From Gelidibacter japonicus (GTDB taxonomy: Bacteria > Bacteroidota > Bacteroidia > Flavobacteriales > Flavobacteriaceae): a DNA stretch of 32,000 bases. The DNA is taken from NCBI RefSeq assembly GCF_010725055.1, contig NZ_BJKB01000002.1:463405-495404 (forward strand). The letters run 5' to 3'. A model generated the notes under the pieces. The model was not told the origin of the DNA and ran no database searches. It worked only from the letters and a program-made list of their open reading frames with translations. This document shows positions 8,607-19,505 of the stretch, in pieces (the stretch's first letter is position 1; each line of letters opens with the position of its first letter). Position numbers and translations under genes: made by a program.

Positions 8607-11600
8607 ATTCTGGATGATGTTTTCTTTTTCTTGACCACATCATATAAATAGACGGAATGACGAATAGGGTCAGAACAAGCGAAAACATGGTGCCGCCAAT
8701 AATGACCACCCCCATTCCGATACGACTTGTTGAAGCCGCTCCGATGGACAATGCAATTGGCAATGCTCCCAACGCTATAGTTAAACTCGTCATCAAAATT
8801 GGACGCAATCGGGAGACTGAAGCCTTTCGAATAGCTTCGTCCTTCGGGATGCCCTCTTCACGAAGTTGGTTGGCAAATTCTACTATCAAAATCCCGTTTT
8901 TCGTCACCAACCCAATTAACATGATGGTACCAATCTGGCTAAAAATATTCCAAGTCTGCCCAAATAACCACAATGAAAATAAAGCGCCCGCAACTGCCAT
9001 AGGCACGGTAAGGATAATAATAAATGGATCTATAAAACTTTCAAACTGAGCCGCCAAAATTAAAAATATGAGCAATAAAGCCAATCCAAACGCAAAAAGG
9101 GTATTGGAACTACTTTCCACAAAATCTCTCGACTCACCCCCCAAATCAGTGGTAAAAGTTTCGTCCAAAACCTTCGCCCGAATGCTCTCCATGGCATCAA
9201 TACCATCACTTATGCTCATCCCTGGTGCCAAACTTGCAGAAACCGTGGCCGACATATAACGGTTGTTGTGATATAGTTGTGGCGGACTACTATGTTCTTC
9301 AGTGGTCACTAAATTATCCATCTGTATCAATTCGCCCTTATCATTTTTGACGTACATTGACGTAAGATCCATCGGTTTACTACGATCTTTCTTATCAAAC
9401 TGTCCGATCACCTGATACTGCTTTCCATTCATCATAAAATAACCGAAACGCTGGCCACTTAACGATAATTGTAAGGTTTGTGCAACATCCAAAACCGAAA
9501 CGCCCAAGCTCTTTGCCTTTTCACGATCAATAGTGACATAGATTTCAGGTTTGTTGAATTTCAAATTCACATCCGTATTGGAAAAGACCGGATGATCCTC
9601 GGCTTCTTCCATAAACTCAGGAATTACTTCGCGTAACTTTTCAAAATTCTGAGCCTGAATTATATATTGAATTGGCATCCCTCCCCTTCTATTTACAGCG
9701 ATGGTTGGGGTTTCTGAGACACTCACACGGGCATTTTCATAATTTCTGGTCCATCGGGAAAGATCTTCGGCAATTTCTTTCTGAGAGCGATCGCGATCAC
9801 CTGGATCCACCAATGAAATGGTCGCACGACCGCTATTCACTGAAGACGATCCCCAGCCTGGAGAAGTGATAATTAAACTCACTTTTTTTTCTGGAATGGA
9901 ATCATTGATTAAATCGGTGATCTCGGTCATAAACCGATCCATATACTCATATGAAGCACCTTCTGGAGCCGTTACGTTAAGTCCGATATAACTTCTATCA
10001 TCGTAAGGTGCTGTTTCTTTTTGAAGCAAACTATAGAACACCCCAATCATCACAATACAGATGGCCAATACAGGGAAGCTCCACCATTTATTCTTCAGGA
10101 ACTTGCCTAATGAACTGGCATAGGCATTATTCATCTTCACGAAAAAAGGTTCTGTATAAAGATAAAACCGTGTTTGGTTCTGCTTTCCAGGTTTCATCAA
10201 ATAGGCATTCAGCATAGGCGTCAATGACAAAGAGACGAAGGCCGAAATCAAAACGGCCGCACCAATAACCACACCAAATTCTCGAAACAATCGGCCAACA
10301 AAGCCCTCCAAGAAAATTACAGGAAGAAAAACTGCTGCCAGCGTCACCGAGATGGAAATCACCGCAAAGAAAATCTCATTGGAACCCTTGATTGCAGCCT
10401 CAATGGGCGACATGCCTTCTTCTACTTTTTTATAGATATTTTCAGTGACCACAATCCCGTCATCTACCACCAATCCCGTGGCGAGGACAATAGCAAGCAG
10501 GGTCAATACATTGATAGAAAACCCAAACATCCACATTATAAAGAAGGTCGCAATCAAGGATACAGGAATATCGATTAGTGGTCGCATGGCAATGGACCAG
10601 TTTCTAAAGAAGAAAAAGATGACCAAGATGACTAAAACAATGGAAATCCCCAAGGTTTCCACAACCTCGGTAATGGCGCGTTTGACGAATAAGGTATCAT
10701 CAATCACGACGTTCAATTTGAAATCGGCAGGCAAATCTTTTTTAAGCTTGTCAAATTCCTCATAGAACGCGTCGGCGATAGCTACATAGTTGGTTCCCGG
10801 TTGTGGTACAATTGCCAAAGCCACCATAGGTTGCCCAGAGTCGCTCAGCTTGGTTTCCATGTTTTCAGCTTCTAGGGTAGCCTTTCCAATATCACTAAAA
10901 CGTACTACTTTCCCATTTTCAGCGGAAATGATGATATCATTAAATTCTTCTTCGGTAGAGAGATTACCAATAGTTTTTATGGTCAATTCGGTATTGGCGC
11001 CCGTTAATTTACCAGAAGGCAACTCGACGTTTTGCGACAACAATGCGCTTCTCACTTCTGCAACGGTTACACCGTACGACGCCAATTTTAATGGATCAAT
11101 CCATAAACGCATGGCATATTTTCGCTGTCCCCAAATTTGAACACTACTTACTCCCGGAATGGTTTGCAAACGCTGAGCTAAAACATTATCCGCATAGTCT
11201 GTAAGTTCCAGAATGTTCCTGTTATCGCTCTGAACCGTCATGGAAATAATGGCACGCGAATCGGCGTCAGCCTTTGACACTACCGGTGCAGCATCAATAT
11301 CCTGAGGCAAGCTCCGAATGGCTTGTGACACTTTATCACGCACGTCATTGGCGGCTTCTTCAAGATCTTTATCAAGGTTGAATTCAATACTGATTCGACT
11401 GGAGCCCTGGTTGCTTGAGGACGTTATATTCCTGATTCCATCAATACCATTGATCGCTTTTTCAAGTGGTTCCGTGATTTGGGATTCAATAATATCGGCA
11501 TTCGCACCTGAATAACTAGTCCTCACAGATATTTGTGCCGGATCAATAGAAGGAAACTCCCGTACCCCAAGATAGGTAAAACCAATAATCCCGAACAACA

Positions 11601-11664
11601 TAATGGTCAAGTTCATGACAATGGCCAGTACGGGACGTTTAATGCTTAAAGTAGATAAACTCAT
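8575..11664 (-). CDS. RND efflux transporter permease subunit (AcrB/HAE1-like)
   Basis: 1029 aa with the 12-TM plus two large periplasmic loop architecture. The N-terminus MSLSTLSIKRPVLAIVMNLTIMLFGIIGF...GVREFPSIDP and conserved TM4-region motifs (GLVVDDGIVVTENI) are typical of AcrB-family pumps. Confidence 0.92.
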   Translation of the reverse strand: MSLSTLSIKRPVLAIVMNLTIMLFGIIGFTYLGVREFPSIDPAQISVRTSYSGANADIIESQITEPLEKAINGIDGIRNITSSSNQGSSRISIEFNLDKDLEEAANDVRDKVSQAIRSLPQDIDAAPVVSKADADSRAIISMTVQSDNRNILELTDYADNVLAQRLQTIPGVSSVQIWGQRKYAMRLWIDPLKLASYGVTVAEVRSALLSQNVELPSGKLTGANTELTIKTIGNLSTEEEFNDIIISAENGKVVRFSDIGKATLEAENMETKLSDSGQPMVALAIVPQPGTNYVAIADAFYEEFDKLKKDLPADFKLNVVIDDTLFVKRAITEVVETLGISIVLVILVIFFFFRNWSIAMRPLIDIPVSLIATFFIMWMFGFSINVLTLLAIVLATGLVVDDGIVVTENIYKKVEEGMSPIEAAIKGSNEIFFAVISISVTLAAVFLPVIFLEGFVGRLFREFGVVIGAAVLISAFVSLSLTPMLNAYLMKPGKQNQTRFYLYTEPFFVKMNNAYASSLGKFLKNKWWSFPVLAICIVMIGVFYSLLQKETAPYDDRSYIGLNVTAPEGASYEYMDRFMTEITDLINDSIPEKKVSLIITSPGWGSSSVNSGRATISLVDPGDRDRSQKEIAEDLSRWTRNYENARVSVSETPTIAVNRRGGMPIQYIIQAQNFEKLREVIPEFMEEAEDHPVFSNTDVNLKFNKPEIYVTIDREKAKSLGVSVLDVAQTLQLSLSGQRFGYFMMNGKQYQVIGQFDKKDRSKPMDLTSMYVKNDKGELIQMDNLVTTEEHSSPPQLYHNNRYMSATVSASLAPGMSISDGIDAMESIRAKVLDETFTTDLGGESRDFVESSSNTLFAFGLALLLIFLILAAQFESFIDPFIIILTVPMAVAGALFSLWLFGQTWNIFSQIGTIMLIGLVTKNGILIVEFANQLREEGIPKDEAIRKASVSRLRPILMTSLTIALGALPIALSIGAASTSRIGMGVVIIGGTMFSLVLTLFVIPSIYMMWSRKRKHHPEFDKIDTYGTV

Positions 11665-11667
11665 CAG

Positions 11668-12732
11668 TTAGGATTGATTCTTTAAATTCACTTTTACCGG
11701 GGTACCATTTCTGAGTGACATGACTCCAGATGTTAATATGGTATCACCTACTTTAATTCCAGACAGCACACGTACTTCACTGTCCGTTCTGGCTCCAGTT
11801 TCAACTTCCACCTCTTTGGCTTTTCCATTTTCCATGACGAATATTTTCTTGCCGTTTTGGATAGGGATCAAGGCTTCTGTTGGTACCAATAATGCGTTAT
11901 TGACAGTTTCAAGTGGTAAGGTCACATAGGCAAAAGTGCCTGGGTACAATTTATCTTCCTTGTTTTCGGCAATAGCTCTCATTCTCAAAGTTCTTGTGGC
12001 AATATCCACCTGTGGCTCTATCGCATAGATTTTCGCCGTGTGTTCTTCTTTGGAATTGGAGGTTGTAAATGTCAATATCGTGCCCACTTTCATACGGGAA
12101 ACATATTTTTCCGGAACGGCAAATGTTAATTTTAGCTGACTTGTATTGACCAGTTTGGCAATTGGTGTTGACGGCGTAACATAAGTACCTTTAGAAATAG
12201 CGCGCAAACCGATGGTTCCCGAAAAAGGAGCACGAACGGTTGTTTTTGATAATTGGGCCGCAATCAGATCGGCTTGGGCCCGTGCAGATTCAAAATCGGC
12301 GTTGGACACATCAAATTCCTCCTGACTTATCGCCTGTTTATCCAATAACAGCTTAGCTCTTCTCTGATTTTCAGAAGCCAACTGTTGCGCCGTTTTTACT
12401 TGCGACAGTTGGGCGCGAAGTTCAATGTCATTGACTTTAAACAGAACTTGTCCTTTTGAAACCTTTTTACCTTCTTCAAAATTGATACTTTCTACAATTC
12501 CGGAGATTTCACTTCGTATCTCAATTTCCTCATTGGCCTCCAAGGTGCCGGAAAGGGTAAGGTTTTCTGCAAATTTCTCGGCTTGGAGGACTTTCCCTTC
12601 AACACTCATCACAGTGGCTGTTCGTTGAGCACCTTTCGGACTGCTGGCTTTGGAATTCACACTAATTCTATTAGCGATGAGCGCAATTATTCCGCAGATA
12701 ATAATGGCGATAATAATGTATCTTTTTTTCAT
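11668..12732 (-). CDS. RND efflux periplasmic adaptor (membrane fusion protein, HlyD/AcrA family)
   Basis: 354 aa with an N-terminal membrane anchor, lipoyl/barrel-sandwich segments (EIRSEISGIVESINFEEGKKVSKGQVLFKV), a coiled-coil hairpin and beta-barrel segments (VRAPFSGTIG). It ends 3 nt upstream of the RND pump start. Confidence 0.9.
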   Translation of the reverse strand: MKKRYIIIAIIICGIIALIANRISVNSKASSPKGAQRTATVMSVEGKVLQAEKFAENLTLSGTLEANEEIEIRSEISGIVESINFEEGKKVSKGQVLFKVNDIELRAQLSQVKTAQQLASENQRRAKLLLDKQAISQEEFDVSNADFESARAQADLIAAQLSKTTVRAPFSGTIGLRAISKGTYVTPSTPIAKLVNTSQLKLTFAVPEKYVSRMKVGTILTFTTSNSKEEHTAKIYAIEPQVDIATRTLRMRAIAENKEDKLYPGTFAYVTLPLETVNNALLVPTEALIPIQNGKKIFVMENGKAKEVEVETGARTDSEVRVLSGIKVGDTILTSGVMSLRNGTPVKVNLKNQS

Positions 12733-12773
12733 TAAAAGATGGTTATATAAATTCAGGATAGTTCATGGTTACA

Positions 12774-12781
12774 CAAATCTA
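12774..12781 (-). promoter_or_regulatory. Candidate Bacteroidota -7 promoter box (TAGATTTG, matches TAnnTTTG) for the efflux operon
   Basis: Plus-strand CAAATCTA at 12774-12781 reverse-complements to TAGATTTG, 41 nt upstream of the adaptor ATG. It is an exact consensus match, but an 8-mer of this composition occurs by chance roughly once per 1-2 kb. Confidence 0.35.
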
Positions 12782-13022
12782 ATTTTTTAAATTTAGAAGT
12801 ACCAAAACTTAAGTTTATTTAACAGATTTTAAGAGAATTTGCATAAAAATCTACTATAATGTTTAAAGACGAGGTATTGAATTAGAAACTGTGTGTTTAA
12901 TAGAAGTAGGCGTCGGGCTATTAAAAGCCACATGAGGGAAACAATTTAACTGGGAATAGTCCCATATGTAGTATTTTAAATAGTATAAACTTTTTTATTA
13001 GGATTTCCACAAGTGGTTTAAT

Positions 13023-13030
13023 TAACTTTG
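13023..13030 (+). promoter_or_regulatory. Candidate Bacteroidota -7 promoter box (TAACTTTG, matches TAnnTTTG) for the TonB-dependent receptor
   Basis: Exact TAnnTTTG match 31 nt upstream of the ATG at 13061, implying a short leader of about 25 nt. Confidence 0.35.
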
Positions 13031-13060
13031 ACACCATATTAAAACCAACCAAAAACCACA

Positions 13061-14878
13061 ATGAATTTTAGAATTCTACCCTTAGTATTTCTCATTCCTT
13101 CCTGTTTAATAGCCCAAGAAAACCAAAACACACCCCAGGATCTCGACGAAATCATCATCTCGGCGCAACGCATTGAAATACCTTTTTCAAAAGAATCACG
13201 CTCTATAATGATTATCACCGCAGAGGACATCAAGTTGAGTCCAGCCACTTCTTTGGCGAAACTTTTACAGGAAGTAGCAGGCTTGGATATAAGACAACGC
13301 GGCACGAATGGTATGCAGGCCGACTTATATATTAGAGGAGGTGGATTCGATCAAACACTTCTCCTGATTGACGGCATCAAAATGGACGATGCGCAAACGG
13401 GACATCATATTTTAAATGCAGCTTTACCTTTAGAAATCATTGAACGTGTAGAAATTATTAAAGGGCCAGCTGCACGAGTTTATGGACAAAATGCATTTAC
13501 GGGTGCGGTGAATATCATTACCAAGAAAAAAAGTCCTGATCAACTGTCCATCGCATTGAGTGGTGGTTCGTATGACCAGTTGGGTGCTGCAGTTACCGCC
13601 AGCAACAATTTTGAAAACTCAAATCACTTAATGCATTATTCGAAAAACGTCTCTGAAGGCTATCGTTATAACACCGATTATGACACGGAAAACTATTTTC
13701 TTAAGAGCGCCTTCAATACTCAAAACACCCCAATTGAAGTTTTGGCCACCTTAACTGAAAGAAAATTTGGAGCGAACGGATTTTACGCCACGCCATCGGC
13801 AACTGATCAATACGAAGAAACCCAAACGAGTCTTGTAGGGGTCACCACACGATATAAAAAGAATAACTTGACCATCACGCCACAAGTTTATTGGAGGCGC
13901 AATCAAGACCTCTACTTGTACAATAGACAGAATCCAACCGGCTATAGAAATCTGCATATTTCCAATAAAATTGGCGCTCAAATAAATGGATCTTATCATT
14001 CAAATATTGGAATTACAGGCTTCGGCGTCAATTTTGAAAAAGTCTTCATATCGAGTAATAACTTAGGCAACCACTCGCGAACCATAACGACCTTGTTTTT
14101 GGAACAACGGTTTAAACTTTTGAATGATCGTGTCGATTTAACCCCAGGAGTTGCCATGTCTTATTACTCAGATTTTAAGTTTCACGCCTTTCCTGGAATT
14201 GATGCTGGCGTGGATATTACCAAAAACCTTCGTGCTTATGCAAACGTAGGCTATACGTATAGAATCCCCACCTATACTGATTTGTTCTACAGCGACCCCA
14301 CCACTTTGGGCAACGATCAGTTAAAACCCGAAGAAGCCATTGCTGAGGAATTCGGAATTAAGTTTAAGAAGTCGACGTTTAATTTGACATTAAGTTTATT
14401 CAATAGGGATTCAAAAAATTTAATAGACTTCATCAAAACCACCGAGGATGAACCTTTTCAGGCCACCAATATCAGAAGTCTTAATACCAAAGGCTTTGAG
14501 ACCTCCGTCGATTATGGGTTTTCGATGTTGACCTTTGATCAGAAAATCAATTTTGGATATACCTTTATTGAGGATAAAATAAAGGAATTAGACCTTCCGT
14601 ACTCCAGATATGCCATCAATTCGTTGAAACATCAATTTATCGCGAATTTCAGATCTCAATTGATCAAGAATTTCTCACAAACGATTCTCTATAAATACGC
14701 CGTTCGTAACGCAGGAGATGACTATGGTGTGATGGACATCTCATTAAACTATCAAAATCATAATTTTGACATTTCAATGTCGGCTAATAATATTTTCAAT
14801 GCTGAATACACTGAAACGAATTTAGTGCCGATGCCTAAAGGGAATCTTCTCTTTGGGGTGACCTATAAATTCGATTAG
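13061..14878 (+). CDS. TonB-dependent outer-membrane receptor, small BtuB/CirA-like class
   Basis: 605 aa with a signal peptide, TonB-box-like DEIIISAQR, plug-domain motifs (DIRQRGTNGMQADLYIRGGGFDQTLLLIDGIKMDD, IERVEIIKGPAARVYGQNAFTGAVNIITKK) and a beta-barrel ending in ...LFGVTYKFD. Substrate not inferable. Confidence 0.88.
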   Translation: MNFRILPLVFLIPSCLIAQENQNTPQDLDEIIISAQRIEIPFSKESRSIMIITAEDIKLSPATSLAKLLQEVAGLDIRQRGTNGMQADLYIRGGGFDQTLLLIDGIKMDDAQTGHHILNAALPLEIIERVEIIKGPAARVYGQNAFTGAVNIITKKKSPDQLSIALSGGSYDQLGAAVTASNNFENSNHLMHYSKNVSEGYRYNTDYDTENYFLKSAFNTQNTPIEVLATLTERKFGANGFYATPSATDQYEETQTSLVGVTTRYKKNNLTITPQVYWRRNQDLYLYNRQNPTGYRNLHISNKIGAQINGSYHSNIGITGFGVNFEKVFISSNNLGNHSRTITTLFLEQRFKLLNDRVDLTPGVAMSYYSDFKFHAFPGIDAGVDITKNLRAYANVGYTYRIPTYTDLFYSDPTTLGNDQLKPEEAIAEEFGIKFKKSTFNLTLSLFNRDSKNLIDFIKTTEDEPFQATNIRSLNTKGFETSVDYGFSMLTFDQKINFGYTFIEDKIKELDLPYSRYAINSLKHQFIANFRSQLIKNFSQTILYKYAVRNAGDDYGVMDISLNYQNHNFDISMSANNIFNAEYTETNLVPMPKGNLLFGVTYKFD

Positions 14879-14929
14879 TATATTCCATCGGTGTAGAACC
14901 TTACCGACAAATATTGAAACTCAATGAAG

Positions 14930-15649
14930 TTAAAATATCATAATCGCTCCCGAAACACACAAGAGCAGCATCAATGATCTTTTAAATAATTTTTCATCAA
15001 TCTTCGAAAACGTCCGTTTCCCTAAAAACTGAGCAAGTAGAAATATGGGAAAGACAAATAATGCCATTTTTAAGTGATTGACATTTAATATCCTACTTAC
15101 TGCTAAAGCTGGGACACGAGTGATGGTAACCAGTCCTAAAACTCCTATCATTGTGGCTCGAAACACTTTTATACTATGAGCGGTGTTTTCAACGCAAATC
15201 ACATACAAAGGTCCACCAGTTGAGAATACACCTGAAAAAAAACCACCCATAACTCCAAATCCAATAACTCCATTCTTATTAAGTTTTATTTTCGTTTTTC
15301 CAAAAGAGACATAGGCTACATACAGTAAGATAAAGACTCCCAACCCTCTTTTTAAAATGATGGGTTTTGCATAGCTAAGCACTACAATCCCTAAAATGAC
15401 GCCTATCACCGAGGTCAATGCCAACTGGAGAATGATTTTCCTATCAATATTCCGCCATTCCTTCATGATTAGAAAAACACTCGAAAACAGATAAAAAATG
15501 GAAATAAAAGCGATTGCATCAGGGAGTTGCATTTTAAAAAGCAAAATAGGAAGCGCCATCAAAGACCCAGCAAACCCGACAACAGTCTGCACATAAAAAC
15601 CCACGAATATTCCAATTGCGAGAATAAAAAAAACTTCTAAGGACATCAT
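14930..15649 (-). CDS. TauE/SafE-family (DUF81) anion-export-type membrane permease
   Basis: 239 aa, polytopic (about 7-8 TM), with glycine-rich repeat segments (VGFAGSLMALPIL; GGFFSGVFSTGGPL) characteristic of TauE/SafE. Confidence 0.75.
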   Translation of the reverse strand: MMSLEVFFILAIGIFVGFYVQTVVGFAGSLMALPILLFKMQLPDAIAFISIFYLFSSVFLIMKEWRNIDRKIILQLALTSVIGVILGIVVLSYAKPIILKRGLGVFILLYVAYVSFGKTKIKLNKNGVIGFGVMGGFFSGVFSTGGPLYVICVENTAHSIKVFRATMIGVLGLVTITRVPALAVSRILNVNHLKMALFVFPIFLLAQFLGKRTFSKIDEKLFKRSLMLLLCVSGAIMIF

Positions 15650-15772
15650 AAAATCATCTTATTAAACAGTATAAAATTACGAGATACGCAATCAATATGT
15701 AAATAGATTAAGTGGCAATCTCCACATAATTCCAAATAAAACGTGTATTTTTATCTTAAAACAATCGAATCG

Positions 15773-16201
15773 ATGGTCAGTGATATAGATAGAGAAATAA
15801 TCGGTTTATTAAAAATAAATGCTCGAGCCTCTTTTGCAGAAATAGGAAGAAAAATAGCGCTTTCTCCCTCCGCGGTTCGAGAACGCGTTCAGAAATTAGA
15901 AGATCTGGGAGTTATAAAATCTTATGGTGTTAAATTAAATCAAGCTCTTTTAGGAAATGGGCTGGAAGTATTTATTCTACTGAAAATCTTTGACGGAAAG
16001 TTGAAATATATTTTATCGGAAATCAATACCTTCCCCGAAGTCCAGGAAGTATACAGAATAACTGGGCCTTATAATATCCACGTTCGGGTTGTGCTCCGCG
16101 ATCAACTACACCTACAACAATTTATAGATAAACTCATTCAATATGGCAGCCCCACTACTCTTCTCATTCTATCAGAAATTGAAAATAGAAAGGGTAGCTG
16201 A
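15773..16201 (+). CDS. Lrp/AsnC-family transcriptional regulator
   Basis: The ORF track starts at an upstream GTG (15743); the likely start is ATG 15773 (MVSDIDREIIGLLKINARASFAEIGRKIALSPSAVRERVQKLEDLGVIKSY). It has an N-terminal HTH_AsnC-type domain and a C-terminal RAM/AsnC_trans_reg ligand domain (EVYRITGPYNIHVRV). Divergent from the TauE-like gene. Confidence 0.9.
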   Translation: MVSDIDREIIGLLKINARASFAEIGRKIALSPSAVRERVQKLEDLGVIKSYGVKLNQALLGNGLEVFILLKIFDGKLKYILSEINTFPEVQEVYRITGPYNIHVRVVLRDQLHLQQFIDKLIQYGSPTTLLILSEIENRKGS

Positions 16202-16213
16202 TTAGAGCTACCC
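16181..16213 (-). terminator. Rho-independent terminator for the GH2 gene
   Basis: An 8-bp perfect stem GGGTAGCT (16192-16199) pairs with AGCTACCC (16206-16213) across a 6-nt loop. On the minus strand the stem is followed by TTTCTATTTTC. It lies 30 nt downstream of the GH2 stop and overlaps the last codons and stop of the convergent Lrp gene. Confidence 0.6.
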
Positions 16214-16242
16214 CGACATATTTATCTATTTTAAGATGATTA

Positions 16243-19452
<3,210 letters not shown>

Positions 19453-19505
19453 TCATTCCGCTGTGCGATTATGCTGTTAGTATGCACGTTCCGTTTCGAA
19501 TAATT

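Noticed and set aside
8657-11515. Multiple plus-strand ORFs of 63-130 aa nested inside the RND pump gene. Similar antisense or out-of-frame ORFs lie inside other large genes (e.g. 1481-1666, 2231-2980, 3190-3390, 5954-6232, 7800-8510, 16306-16612, 17332-17898, 19846-20495, 21471-22311, 22797-23701, 25706-26206, 26771-27282, 28377-28574, 30615-30851, 31653-31841).
   Set aside because: All lie wholly within long ORFs that have strong family signatures. Their translations are low-complexity or compositionally odd with no recognisable motifs, so they are typical shadow ORFs.
12880-13060. Possible cobalamin riboswitch upstream of the BtuB-sized TonB-dependent receptor. The 328-bp intergenic region contains GCCACATGAGGGAAAC, which faintly resembles B12-element fragments.
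   Set aside because: The conserved core elements I would expect are absent (GGTG..AA.TCC pairing, CCCGC, CTGTAA, a full B12 box). The region is very AT-rich with little stem potential. An exact TAnnTTTG promoter box at 13023-13030 implies a leader of only about 25 nt, too short for a riboswitch. A covariance-model scan (Rfam RF00174) would settle it.
13039-13305. 88-aa minus-strand ORF overlapping the start of the TonB-dependent receptor gene.
   Set aside because: It is antisense to a CDS with clear signal-peptide and plug motifs, and it has no motif support of its own.
14879-14929. Weak 5-bp inverted repeat (TCGGT ... ACCGA) between the convergent TonB-dependent receptor and TauE-like genes, considered as a terminator.
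   Set aside because: The stem is too short, with a long loop and no flanking T run on either strand, so it is not distinguishable from chance.
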